Source: an uncultured Chloroflexia bacterium
GTDB taxonomy: Bacteria > Chloroflexota > Limnocylindria > Limnocylindrales > CSP1-4
Reading direction: 5' to 3'
NCBI GenBank assembly: GCA_963755995.1
Contig: CAVWLQ010000002.1
Coordinates: forward strand, 53,028-117,027
Length of the DNA stretch: 64,000 bases
The notes beneath the pieces were generated by a model. The model was given only the letters and a program-made list of their open reading frames with translations. It did no database searches and was not told the origin of the DNA. The position numbers and the translations under genes are program-made. Position 1 is the first letter of the stretch; each line of letters opens with the position of its first letter. Positions 28,063 through 37,139 of this stretch are shown here, piece after piece.

Positions 28063-29843
28063 GCGCAGCCGTCGAGCGCCCCGTCGAGGTCGAGCTCAAG
28101 TACCGGGTCGTCGACCTCGCCGTCGCCGAGCGCTACCTGGTGGCCGAGGAGATCGGCTCATTCAGCGGCACCGCCGCGCCGCGCTCGTCGCAGCTCGAGG
28201 ACCGCTACGTCGACACTGCGGACGGGGCGATGACCCGGGCCGGGTTCGCCGTCCGGTTGCGGCGCTCGGGAAAGGGCACGATCGTGTCGGTCAAGTCTCT
28301 CGCCCGGACGGACGGTCCGGGTGGCTCGGTCCGGCGCGAAGAGCTCGAAGGTCCGGCAGACCGGACGGCCGGGCCGCTCGACTGGCCCGCGTCGGACGCC
28401 CGCTCGCTCGTCCTCGAGCTGGCCGGCGACGCACCGCTGGTGGAGCTCGTGACCATCCGGCAGCTGCGACGCAAGCGGGTCGTCCGCGACGGCGACACGC
28501 GGGTCGAGCTGAGCCTCGACGAGGTCGACGTCGTGTCGCGCTCCCGCGTCGTCGACCGGTTCGTGGAGCTCGAGGCGGAGCTGGTCCGCGGCGCCGAGGA
28601 GCGGCTGACCTCCCTGGCCGACGTCTTCGCCGCGGATCATGCCCTGGCGCCCGCCAGCGGCAGCAAGTTCGAGGCGGCGATGGAAGCGGTCCGAACGGGC
28701 TCGCGCCGGCGCCGCGGTGGATCCGCCGCCGGGGCGGAGGACGAGGTCGCCGAGCAGCCCGACGACGCCGAAGACCGCGAGACCGAGGCCGAGGCCACGT
28801 CCGCCGAGCCCGCGTCCGCCGAGCACGAGCCGATCGGCGCCGTCGCGACCACGTCCGACGTCGTCGACGAGGCGATCGAGGAGGCGACGAGCCAGGACGC
28901 GCGCCTCGTTGTCGGTCGGAACCCCGGGGTGACCGCCGACGACCACGTGGCCGAGGCCGGCCGCAAGGTCATGCGCTTCCACCTCGCCCGGATGCTCGCC
29001 CGTGAGGCCGGCACCCGCGAGGGGTCGGACCCCGAGGATCTCCACGCGATGCGCGTCGCCACCCGCCGCCAGCGCGCCGCCTGGCGCGTCTTCGGGGCGT
29101 CGTTCCGGCCGGCCCGCACGAAGCGCTACCGCAATGGCCTGCGCGAGATCGCGTCACGGCTCGGTGCGGTTCGCGACCTCGACGTGCTGCTCGAGGCGGC
29201 CGACCTGTACCGGGCGGACCTGCCGGTCAGCGAGCAGCGCGCGATCGAGCCGCTCCTGTCCGACTGGCGCGAGCACCGTGACGACGCGCGCGTCCTGCTC
29301 ATCCGCGAGCTGGACTCGGACGGCTACCGGCGGTGGGTCGACGACTACCGCGATTTCGTCCGGACCGAGGGCGCTGCGGTGGTCCCGGTCCTGCCGACCC
29401 AGCCGCACCGGGTCCGAGACACCGCCGGTTCCCGGATCTGGACCGCCTACGAGCAGATGCGCGGCTACGAGCCCGTCCTGCGCTGGGCGGACGTCGAGAC
29501 GCTCCACGAGCTGCGGATCGCCGGCAAGTGGCTGCGCTACACGCTCGAGTTCGTGCGCGAGGCGCTCGGCGATGACGCGGCGCCGCTGATCGCCCGCGTG
29601 ACCGCCCTTCAGGACCACCTGGGCCTGATGAACGACGCGGACGTGTCGGCGTCGATGGCCCGGACGTTCCTCGTCGAGCACGCGGGCGACCTGTCCGGTC
29701 TCGAGAGCGCGGCCATCGGGCGCTACCTGATCAGCCGCGAGCGCGAGGTCGCCCGGTTGCGGCGGAGCATCGGGGCACCGTGGCGCGGCGTGGCCGGTGT
29801 CACGTTCCGGCGGACGCTCGGGCGGGTCGTCGCCAAGCTGTAA
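28059..29843 (+). CDS. CYTH (triphosphate tunnel) plus CHAD domain protein with acidic linker
   Basis: EVELKY (ExExK) and ELEAEL in CYTH; LHAMRVATRRQR, LGAVRDLDV, LHELRIAGKWLRY, LQDHLGLMND in CHAD; GTGA overlap with ppk1. Confidence 0.92.
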   Translation: MSAAVERPVEVELKYRVVDLAVAERYLVAEEIGSFSGTAAPRSSQLEDRYVDTADGAMTRAGFAVRLRRSGKGTIVSVKSLARTDGPGGSVRREELEGPADRTAGPLDWPASDARSLVLELAGDAPLVELVTIRQLRRKRVVRDGDTRVELSLDEVDVVSRSRVVDRFVELEAELVRGAEERLTSLADVFAADHALAPASGSKFEAAMEAVRTGSRRRRGGSAAGAEDEVAEQPDDAEDRETEAEATSAEPASAEHEPIGAVATTSDVVDEAIEEATSQDARLVVGRNPGVTADDHVAEAGRKVMRFHLARMLAREAGTREGSDPEDLHAMRVATRRQRAAWRVFGASFRPARTKRYRNGLREIASRLGAVRDLDVLLEAADLYRADLPVSEQRAIEPLLSDWREHRDDARVLLIRELDSDGYRRWVDDYRDFVRTEGAAVVPVLPTQPHRVRDTAGSRIWTAYEQMRGYEPVLRWADVETLHELRIAGKWLRYTLEFVREALGDDAAPLIARVTALQDHLGLMNDADVSASMARTFLVEHAGDLSGLESAAIGRYLISREREVARLRRSIGAPWRGVAGVTFRRTLGRVVAKL

Positions 29844-29858
29844 TCGCGATCCGCCGCC

Positions 29859-30791
29859 CTAGGCTCGCCAGCCGTGGGCCAGGTCCACGAGGCTGTCCCG
29901 CCACGCCGGGCCGGCATGATCAACGGCGAGGATCGCGCCCTCCCGGACGCCGGCCTCCGAGACGCGGAGCCGATCCGCGCCGTACGTCTCGAGGATCGCG
30001 TCCACGATCGCCGCGCCGGCCGGCAGGATCCGGGCGCGGATGGGATTGATCAGGTGCCGTTCGGACGCGATCGCCGCCGGCTCGGCGGCGAGGATCGCCA
30101 GCACCTCCGCGATCCGCTCGCGCGTGAGGGTTCGATCGAGCATCGCGGCAGGGAGCACCTTGAGCAGGTTCGACGCGGTGCCACCGACCGCGACGATCTC
30201 GCTGGGGTGGGCCGCCGGGGCGCCGGCGATGACCTCGCGGGCCGCGGCATGCATCGCGGCGACCTCGGCGGGCGTCGCCGGATCGTGCGTGACGAACCGG
30301 TCGCTGAGTCGGGCGGACCCAAGCTGGAGACCCGTCGCTCGCGGACGGTGGGTCGGGTCGACGATGCAGAACTCGCAGCTGCCGCCGCCGACGTCGATCA
30401 CGAGGGTCTCCTGGGTGACCGGCATGCCCTCGGTGACGCCGATGATGGTCAGGTACGCCTCCTCGGCATGAGTCAGGACGTGGACCGGCGCCCCGGCCGC
30501 GGCGAACACCTCCCGGACGACCGCGGCCGCGTCGGCGGCCCGGCGGATCGGCTCGGTGCCGAGGAACGTGATGCCGGTCGCGCCGAGGCGAGCGGCCGTG
30601 TCCGCGTATCGGACGAGAACGGCCGTCAGCTCGCCGCGGCGGGCACGACCCAGGTAGCCGCGCTCGTCGACGGCCGTGCCGAGACCGAGGAAGACCGACT
30701 CGTCGACCAGCGGCTGGAGCCGGTGGCCGGCGACGACGGCGGCAACGAGATGGACCGAGTTGGACCCGATGTCGACCGCCGCGCCGACCAC
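29859..30791 (-). CDS. ppx: Ppx/GppA exopolyphosphatase, short form without HD domain
   Basis: DIGSNSVHL, TEPIRRA, EEAYL, DVGGGSCE, GGTASNL, GVREG. Start uncertain (GTG chosen). Confidence 0.85.
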   Translation of the reverse strand: MVGAAVDIGSNSVHLVAAVVAGHRLQPLVDESVFLGLGTAVDERGYLGRARRGELTAVLVRYADTAARLGATGITFLGTEPIRRAADAAAVVREVFAAAGAPVHVLTHAEEAYLTIIGVTEGMPVTQETLVIDVGGGSCEFCIVDPTHRPRATGLQLGSARLSDRFVTHDPATPAEVAAMHAAAREVIAGAPAAHPSEIVAVGGTASNLLKVLPAAMLDRTLTRERIAEVLAILAAEPAAIASERHLINPIRARILPAGAAIVDAILETYGADRLRVSEAGVREGAILAVDHAGPAWRDSLVDLAHGWRA

Positions 30792-30840
30792 GGGGCCGGG
30801 CGTGAGGGACGGGTCGACGGTCGCCTGGGTCGTGATGTCG

Positions 30841-31974
30841 TCAGGAGGGGGCGTCGTCGGGACCAGCGGAGGCCGGACGAAGGGACCTCCGCGCTGGCGA
30901 TCGGGTCGTGGATCGAGGGGTGGCCGGCTTGCTGGTCGGCGTCTTGGGCTTGGCGGCGGTCGATGCCGGCTTCCCGGCGGCCGGCGCCCGCTTGGCCGTC
31001 GACCGCGTGCGGGTCGCTGCGGGCTTGCGGGTCGTGGCAGGTTTGGCGGCCGCCTTCGCCGGCGTCCCGGTCGTTGCGGGCTTGGTGGTCGCTGTCCTGG
31101 CGGTCGGGGGCTTCGCGGCAGAGGCAGGCTTGCGAGCGGTGGTGGTCCGTCGTGCGGGGGCCGGCTTCGCGGATGCGACGGGCGTCGAGGGTGTGGTCCC
31201 TGCAGGCGTCCTGGCGGGGGCCGCTGCCGTCGTCGTCGCGACTGCTGCCGGCGTGGCGGCGGTCGCCGCGGTTGCGGGTGTCGCCGCGGTCGTCGGCTTC
31301 GCCGCGGTCGCCGGCTTCGCGGCGGTCGTCCGCTTCGCGGGTGACGTCGGCTTCCGGGCAGTCGCCGGCTTGCGCGGCGACGCAGATGCCGGGGCCTTCG
31401 ACGCGGCCGATGCTGGCGTCGCGGCCGTTGGAGCCGCGGTCGCGGCCCTCGAAGCGGCAGGTGCACGCCGGGTCGTCGCCGGCTTCCGCGTGCTCGCGGA
31501 TCGAGTCGCTCGCGCGGCGGTCGCCCGTTTCGTCCGCCGCGTCGTGGCTCGCGGGGTGGTGGCCCGCGGGGTGGTGGCGCGCGGCGCCGGCGCGGGCGCA
31601 GGTGCCAACGTCGCGGTCGCAGTCGGCGGTGCAGCCGTGACCGCGGCCGATCCGGCTGCCTCGGCTGCGGCCCGTTGCAGCTTGGCCGCCAGCGACGAGA
31701 CCTCCTTGGCCGCCTCGGTGGCCTGACGCGTTCGCTTCCCGACCTGCTTGCGGCCCTTGGTCGCCTCGGCTGCCTGCAATTGCCGGAGACGCTTCGCCTC
31801 GGTCTTGCGCGCGGCAGCGAGCTTCTTCTCGAGCTTGTGCAGCTCCTTCGCCGTGCGACCGGACACCGGGGTCACGGTGCCGTCGGCGTCGACGATGACA
31901 TCGGTGACGGTCTCGACGCCGCCCCCGCGCGGTCCTTCGGCCCGTTTCGACGGCTTGTCGCCTCGCTTGGCCAT
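30841..31974 (-). CDS. Basic Lys/Arg/Ala/Pro/Thr-rich low-complexity protein (histone H1/AlgP-like tail after a coiled coil)
   Basis: GGAGG RBS; N-terminal helical/coiled-coil region, then repeats RATTP x3, AAKPAT, RKPA; lies in an operon between the metallophosphoesterase and ppx. Confidence 0.7.
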   Translation of the reverse strand: MAKRGDKPSKRAEGPRGGGVETVTDVIVDADGTVTPVSGRTAKELHKLEKKLAAARKTEAKRLRQLQAAEATKGRKQVGKRTRQATEAAKEVSSLAAKLQRAAAEAAGSAAVTAAPPTATATLAPAPAPAPRATTPRATTPRATTRRTKRATAARATRSASTRKPATTRRAPAASRAATAAPTAATPASAASKAPASASPRKPATARKPTSPAKRTTAAKPATAAKPTTAATPATAATAATPAAVATTTAAAPARTPAGTTPSTPVASAKPAPARRTTTARKPASAAKPPTARTATTKPATTGTPAKAAAKPATTRKPAATRTRSTAKRAPAAGKPASTAAKPKTPTSKPATPRSTTRSPARRSLRPASAGPDDAPS

Positions 31975-31990
31975 GCGGATCGACCTCCGT

Positions 31991-32866
31991 TCAGCGGCGC
32001 GCGATGCGCGCACCCTCGTAGAGCAGCGTGGGCCGGCCGGTCGACACGGACCGTCGCCAGATCGCAAGTCTGCCATGTTCGTCGAGGATCTCGAGATAGC
32101 TGGCGTCACGCCGTCCGTCGTTGACGAGCGCCCCGGCGCTGGCGATGACGACCGTCCCGCGGCCGTCGGACAGCTGCCAGGCGTTGGCCCGGTGGATGTG
32201 GCCGTGGAGGGCGAGGTCCACCTCGAGGTCGGTCAGGAGGGCCAGCACGTCGCCCGAGCGATGGGTCAGGTCACCGTCGCGGAGCTTCCGGCCCGGGACC
32301 GGCAACAGGCCGTGGTGCAGCGCGAAGATCCGCAGCGCCCCCGGCCGGGCGCGGCGCAGCTCCCGAGCAGCGCGCTCCAGCGATTCGGACCGGAGCCGCG
32401 GCGTCGAGTTGACCGCGACGACGTGGACGTCGGTGCCCCGATGCCCACCGGCGAGACTCCCGAACCGCGCGATCCAGGCCTCCTCCGGGTCGTCGCCACT
32501 GGAGGCGTCACCGTCCCCGATCTCGCGTCCCGTCTCGTCGAACCCGAGCGTCAGCGCGGGCTCGAGCGCCAGGAAATAGTCGAGATCCGAATCGACCGGC
32601 AACGGTCGCGCGTCGCCGGGTGGTCCGACCGACCGCTCGAGGTCGCGATTGCCGGGGATGACGACGCGCGGGATCGAGCCGAAGCGCGCCAGCTCGGCCG
32701 CGACCTCGTCGAGCTCGGACGGACGGCCGTCGGCCGACAGGTCGCCGGTGACGACGACGAGGTCGGGCGCGCGTGCGAGAGCCGAGTCCACGAGCGAGCG
32801 CAGGGCGCGCCGCAGCTCGGGCGAGCCATCGAAGTGGAAGTCGGAGAGGTGGACGATCCGGGTCAT
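31991..32866 (-). CDS. Calcineurin-like metallophosphoesterase
   Basis: SDFH, TGDL, PGNRD, LHH, HGHIH metal-binding motifs. Confidence 0.88.
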   Translation of the reverse strand: MTRIVHLSDFHFDGSPELRRALRSLVDSALARAPDLVVVTGDLSADGRPSELDEVAAELARFGSIPRVVIPGNRDLERSVGPPGDARPLPVDSDLDYFLALEPALTLGFDETGREIGDGDASSGDDPEEAWIARFGSLAGGHRGTDVHVVAVNSTPRLRSESLERAARELRRARPGALRIFALHHGLLPVPGRKLRDGDLTHRSGDVLALLTDLEVDLALHGHIHRANAWQLSDGRGTVVIASAGALVNDGRRDASYLEILDEHGRLAIWRRSVSTGRPTLLYEGARIARR

Positions 32867-33573
32867 GCGGACACCGGCTGGCCGGCTCGCCCACCCGGCC
32901 GTGCGTCGGCGCGCGCGGCCAGGACCGAATCCGCCGCCCGGAGCACGCGCTGGCCGACCTGCTCGATCGGGTCGGCTGCGCGGATGCGGGTGAAGCCACC
33001 GGGACCCGCATACCGGTCGAAACAGGCGTAGAGGCGCCCGGCGAACAGCCGGTAGCTCTCGCGCAGGTCTGCCGACAGCCCGACGTCGAGACCTGCCTCG
33101 TACGGATCCGGATCGTCGACGTGTCGGGCCAGGGACGCCTCGGCGTCGACGTCGAGGAACAGCACGGCGTCCGGCGCCGGCACGAACGCGAACAGGGCAT
33201 CGAGCCAGGCGCCGTCCACGCCGCGGGCCTCGGCTCGCGCCATCGGGGTCCAGCAGTACCGGTCGGCGAGCACGACGAGACCGGCGCGCAGGGCGGGCAT
33301 GACCACCTGCTCGACGCGCTCGGCCAGGTCCGCGGCGTAGAGGAGCGCCGTCTCGGTCGGGTCCGCCTCGCGATCGCGTTTCGCGCGTCGGATCCGATCC
33401 CCGCTCAGGAGCGAGCTTGCGAGCGACGTCCGGGCGACGCCCCGACCGGCATAGCGCAGGTGTTCGTCGAGGCGTCGGAGATGGGTCGAGCGGCCCGACC
33501 GGTCGATCCCCTCGAGGACGAACAGCACACCGGGCTGGCCGTGGGCGCCGGGCCGGGCAGACGGCGTCGTCAT
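32863..33573 (-). CDS. Thymidylate-kinase-like P-loop protein (B)
   Basis: EGIDRSGRST P-loop variant, LLYAAD, VLADRY, PDAVLFLDV, YEAGLD.GLS motif. Confidence 0.8.
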   Translation of the reverse strand: MTTPSARPGAHGQPGVLFVLEGIDRSGRSTHLRRLDEHLRYAGRGVARTSLASSLLSGDRIRRAKRDREADPTETALLYAADLAERVEQVVMPALRAGLVVLADRYCWTPMARAEARGVDGAWLDALFAFVPAPDAVLFLDVDAEASLARHVDDPDPYEAGLDVGLSADLRESYRLFAGRLYACFDRYAGPGGFTRIRAADPIEQVGQRVLRAADSVLAARADARPGGRAGQPVSA

Positions 33574-33578
33574 GGTCC

Positions 33579-34262
33579 TCACCGGCCGGCGGGCATCCGC
33601 GGCGTCCCCGGCCGCCTCGGGCCCCCGGAACGGCCGACGGTCGGCGCGGTCAGCATCGGCCGGATGGCCTCTCGGATCGTGGCGACGCGGACACCGGGAT
33701 CGGTCCGTGGATCGATGACGAGGGCGTCCACCGGCCACGGCTCGGTCGCCCCATCCTCCAGCAATCCCTCGTAGGCGGCCATCAGGCGTTCCAGGAACGC
33801 GGCATAGGCCAGCGCCACTGCCTCGCCGCGGGCGGCGGACGGTCGCGTCGCGATCGCGCGGGCCAAGGCGGCCGCCGGTTCCTGGCGATGGAACAGAACG
33901 AGGTCCGGGCGCGGCGCGAACCGGTACAGGGACGCGATCCAGGCCGGGTCGAGGCCGCGCGCCACCTCGCGGGCAACGGCGGTCCAGACATAGCGGTCGG
34001 CCAGCACGACGTCGCCGCGGGCCAGCGGCCGCTCGATCTCCACCGCGATCCGGCGAGCGGCCTCCGACGCAGCCAGCAGGGCCGCGACCCGGGGCGTGAG
34101 AGCCTGCCGTCCACCCGGCATGCCGGCGGCGCGGGCCACCACGCGCGAGGGTCGCCATGTCACCAGGTGGACGCGGCGACCCTTCCGCTCCAGCCACCGC
34201 GCGACGCCGTCGAGACCGGCCGACTTGCCGGATCCATCCAGGCCCTCGGCCGCGATCAACAC
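33579..34262 (-). CDS. Thymidylate-kinase-like P-loop protein (A)
   Basis: AEGLDGSGKS P-loop, VLADRYVWT..AR..ARG, PDLVL. Confidence 0.8.
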   Translation of the reverse strand: MLIAAEGLDGSGKSAGLDGVARWLERKGRRVHLVTWRPSRVVARAAGMPGGRQALTPRVAALLAASEAARRIAVEIERPLARGDVVLADRYVWTAVAREVARGLDPAWIASLYRFAPRPDLVLFHRQEPAAALARAIATRPSAARGEAVALAYAAFLERLMAAYEGLLEDGATEPWPVDALVIDPRTDPGVRVATIREAIRPMLTAPTVGRSGGPRRPGTPRMPAGR

Positions 34263-34372
34263 CCGACGACCCGGTCGAGACGCAGTGCTGGCACGCCTTC
34301 GATGCTAGCGCGTGGGCGCCGGCGCCGACGGCTGCCCGGCGCCGACGGCTCCGCCGCCGCTATCCTCCAGGC

Positions 34373-34744
34373 ATGCCGCTGATCCTCATCGGCCTCGGCG
34401 GCTTCGCCGGCGCGATCTCGCGCTACCTCGTCGACGGCTTCGTCGTCGAGCGCACGGGGGCGGCGTTCCCGTGGGGCACCCTGGTGGTGAACCTCACCGG
34501 CTCGTTCGTGCTCGGCCTGCTGTTCGCCCTCACCGCCGAGCGGGCCATCCTGCCGGCGGACATCCGCGGTCCCGTGATGGTCGGCTTCATCGGCGCCTAC
34601 ACGACGTTCTCGACCTACATGCTCGAATCGTGGGCCCTCCTCGAAGGCGGCTCGTGGGCGCCGGCCCTGGCGAACCTCGGCGGCTCGGTGATCCTCGGCC
34701 TGGTGGCCGTCGCGGCCGGCCTGGCGGTGGGCCGGGCGCTCTGA
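34373..34744 (+). CDS. crcB: Fluoride channel Fluc/CrcB
   Basis: GGFAGAISRY, FPWGTLVVNLTGSF, GFIGAYTTFST; TATCCT 6 nt upstream of the ATG. Confidence 0.93.
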   Translation: MPLILIGLGGFAGAISRYLVDGFVVERTGAAFPWGTLVVNLTGSFVLGLLFALTAERAILPADIRGPVMVGFIGAYTTFSTYMLESWALLEGGSWAPALANLGGSVILGLVAVAAGLAVGRAL

Positions 34745-34763
34745 GGCCGCGCACGGCCGGATC

Positions 34764-34802
34764 GTTAACGATCCGCTAACCCACGACGCATCGCCCGTTC
34801 AT
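34764..34802 (+). promoter_or_regulatory. Putative PHO box (11-bp-phased direct repeats) upstream of pstS
   Basis: GTTAAC (34764), GCTAAC (34775) and GTTCAT (34797) are in 11-bp register and resemble OmpR/PhoP-type GTTCA(C) half-sites. Confidence 0.5.
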
Positions 34803-34894
34803 GACGGGCCGCGATGGTGTCCTCGTCAAGTGAAAGGAACCGCAATGTCCCAGAACCGCCGTGCCCCAGCGGCGGCCACGAGGAGGATCATCGA

Positions 34895-36073
34895 GTGATC
34901 ACGACCCCCAGGCGCCTCGGTGCGCTCACGCTGATCGCGGCAATCGGCCTGAGCGCCTGCTCGAGCAGCGCCGCCTCGACGTCGCCCGCCGCGTCAGTCG
35001 CGGCCCCGACCACGGCGACCAGCCTGGCGCCCTCGACCGGCGACGCATCGGCCGGCCCGAGCATGGCGGCAGCACCGGTGCCGCCGTCGGCCTCGATCAC
35101 GCTCCAGGGCGCGGGCGCCACCTTCCCGGCACCGCTCTACGACAGCTGGTTCCAGGCATTCAACGGCGTCTACCCGAACGTCCAGATCGACTACCAGGCC
35201 AACGGCTCGGGGGCGGGCATCAAGGCCATCACAGAGGGGACCGTCGACTTCGGCGCTTCCGACGCAGCGATGAAGGACGAGGAGATCGCGGCCCTGCCAT
35301 CCGGCGCCAAGATGCTCCACTTTCCCACCGCCCTTGGCGCGGTGGTGATGATCTACAACCTGCCGGACACGCCCAAGCTCCAGCTCGACTCGGCCAACAT
35401 CGCCGGGATCTACCTGGGCACGATCAAGAAGTGGAACGACCCCGCCATCGCGGCCAATAACGCGGGCGTGACACTGCCTGACCTGGACATCCTCGTCGTC
35501 CACCGCTCGGACGGCTCGGGGACGACCAACGCCTTCACGACCTACCTCGACACGGTCGACCCCACCTGGCACTCGACCGTGGGCAAGGGCAAGGAGGTCA
35601 AGTGGCCCACAGGTATCGGCGCGGCCGGAAACGACGGCGTCGCGACCGCGGTCAAGCAGACGCCGGGCGCGGTCGGATACGTCGAGCTGAACTATGCATC
35701 GGCCACGAAGCTGACTTCTGCCTACGTCAAGAATGCGGACGGGGCCTTCGTGCCCGGCTCGACCGACGGTGTCACGGCCGCTGCCGAGGCAGCCCTCGCG
35801 GACTTCCCCGCCGACTTCCGCCAGGCCCCGATCATCAACGGCGCCGGTGCGGACACCTACCCGATCGCCTCGTACACGTACCTGCTCGTCTACCAGGATC
35901 AGGCGAACGCGGACAAGGGCCAGACGCTCGTCTCGTTCTTGTACTGGGCGCTGACCGACGGTCAGGCGACGGAAGCCTCGCTGGGGTACGCGCCTCTACC
36001 CAAGGAAGTCCAGGAGAAGGCGCTGACCGAGCTCCACCTCGTCACGACCGGCGGCTCGCCGATCTGGCCCTGA
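34895..36073 (+). CDS. pstS: Phosphate ABC transporter substrate-binding lipoprotein
   Basis: AGGAGG RBS; lipobox LSAC; GAGATFPAPLY, GSGAGI, DFGASD, HRSDGSGTT, YPIASYTY. Confidence 0.96.
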   Translation: MITTPRRLGALTLIAAIGLSACSSSAASTSPAASVAAPTTATSLAPSTGDASAGPSMAAAPVPPSASITLQGAGATFPAPLYDSWFQAFNGVYPNVQIDYQANGSGAGIKAITEGTVDFGASDAAMKDEEIAALPSGAKMLHFPTALGAVVMIYNLPDTPKLQLDSANIAGIYLGTIKKWNDPAIAANNAGVTLPDLDILVVHRSDGSGTTNAFTTYLDTVDPTWHSTVGKGKEVKWPTGIGAAGNDGVATAVKQTPGAVGYVELNYASATKLTSAYVKNADGAFVPGSTDGVTAAAEAALADFPADFRQAPIINGAGADTYPIASYTYLLVYQDQANADKGQTLVSFLYWALTDGQATEASLGYAPLPKEVQEKALTELHLVTTGGSPIWP

Positions 36074-36098
36074 CCTCCATCGCAGGTCGAGCGATCGA

Positions 36099-36137
36099 CG
36101 ATGTGGGTGCCCCGATCGGGTCGGGCACTCCACATCG
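36099..36137 (+). terminator. Imperfect stem-loop between pstS and pstC (partial terminator or mRNA stabiliser)
   Basis: CGATGTGG-GTGCCC...GGGCAC-TCCACATCG; typical position after a binding-protein gene. Confidence 0.5.
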
Positions 36138-36185
36138 GCTTGAGCCGAACGCTACCCTCGACAGACCGATGACAGGCAGGGATCG

Positions 36186-37139
36186 ATGACCCATTTGACG
36201 CTCGTCGCGCGCTCTCGCCAGGGGACCGGGCAGCTGGCGGATCGCGCCTTCCGCGGCTCGACCCGGTTCGCGGCGGGGACGGTCGGCGCGCTCCTGATCC
36301 TGATCGCGCTGCTTCTGATCTGGAACTCCCGTCTGACCTGGCAGACCTTCGGCCTGGCCTTCATCACCGGCGAGGTGTGGGATCCGGTCGCGGGCATCTA
36401 CGGGGCACTGCCGTTCATCGTCGGCACCGTCCTCTCGTCGCTCCTGGCGATCGCCATCGCGGCCCCCATCGGCATCTTCACCGCGATCTACCTCTCGGAG
36501 CTGGCGCCGGGTCGGGTGGCCACGCCGCTGACCTTCATGATCGAGCTGCTTGCCGCGATCCCGAGCGTCGTCATCGGCCTGTGGGGCGTCTTCATCCTGG
36601 CCCCCTTCCTGCGCGGAACGGTCGAGGCGTGGATCGTGTCGGTCTTCGGCTGGATCCCGTTCCTGGGTGGTCCGACCTACGGCATCGGCCTGTTCAGCGC
36701 AGGAGTGATCCTCACGATCATGGTCCTGCCGACCGTCGTCACCATCTCGCGCGAGGTCATCCAGGCGGTCCCAGGCTCGCAACGTGAGGCGATGTTCGCG
36801 CTCGGCGCGACACGTTGGGAGACGATCCGGCGGGCGGTGGTCCCGTATGCGAGGTCGGGAATCATCGGGGCGGTCATCCTCGGGCTTGGCCGGGCGCTCG
36901 GCGAGACGATGGCGGTGACGATGATCATCGGCAACAAGGACGCGATCCCGACCTCGTTGTTCGACCAGACCCAGACGATCGCCTCGAAGATCGCCACGAC
37001 CTTCAACGAGGCGCCGGCCGGGCTGCCGACCTCCAGCCTGATCGCCCTGGGGCTGATCCTGCTGGTCGTGACCGTGATCATGAACGTGGTCGCCCGCCTG
37101 CTCGTGTGGCGGGTCGCCGGTCCCGTGGGAGGCGACTGA
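36186..37139 (+). CDS. pstC: Phosphate ABC transporter permease
   Basis: [34 protein letters not shown]. Confidence 0.95.
   Translation: MTHLTLVARSRQGTGQLADRAFRGSTRFAAGTVGALLILIALLLIWNSRLTWQTFGLAFITGEVWDPVAGIYGALPFIVGTVLSSLLAIAIAAPIGIFTAIYLSELAPGRVATPLTFMIELLAAIPSVVIGLWGVFILAPFLRGTVEAWIVSVFGWIPFLGGPTYGIGLFSAGVILTIMVLPTVVTISREVIQAVPGSQREAMFALGATRWETIRRAVVPYARSGIIGAVILGLGRALGETMAVTMIIGNKDAIPTSLFDQTQTIASKIATTFNEAPAGLPTSSLIALGLILLVVTVIMNVVARLLVWRVAGPVGGD

Noticed and set aside
29859-31466. Ppx with a long Arg/Pro-rich N-terminal extension (535-aa ORF)
   Set aside because: The extension is an alternate-frame reading of the basic repeat gene, which has its own RBS and stop. The true ppx start remains uncertain.
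34300-34372. Fluoride riboswitch upstream of crcB
   Set aside because: Only a GGCGCCGACGGCT direct repeat is visible. The GGCGATGG...CGCC core is missing and a -10 box sits right before the ATG. An Rfam crcB scan would settle it.
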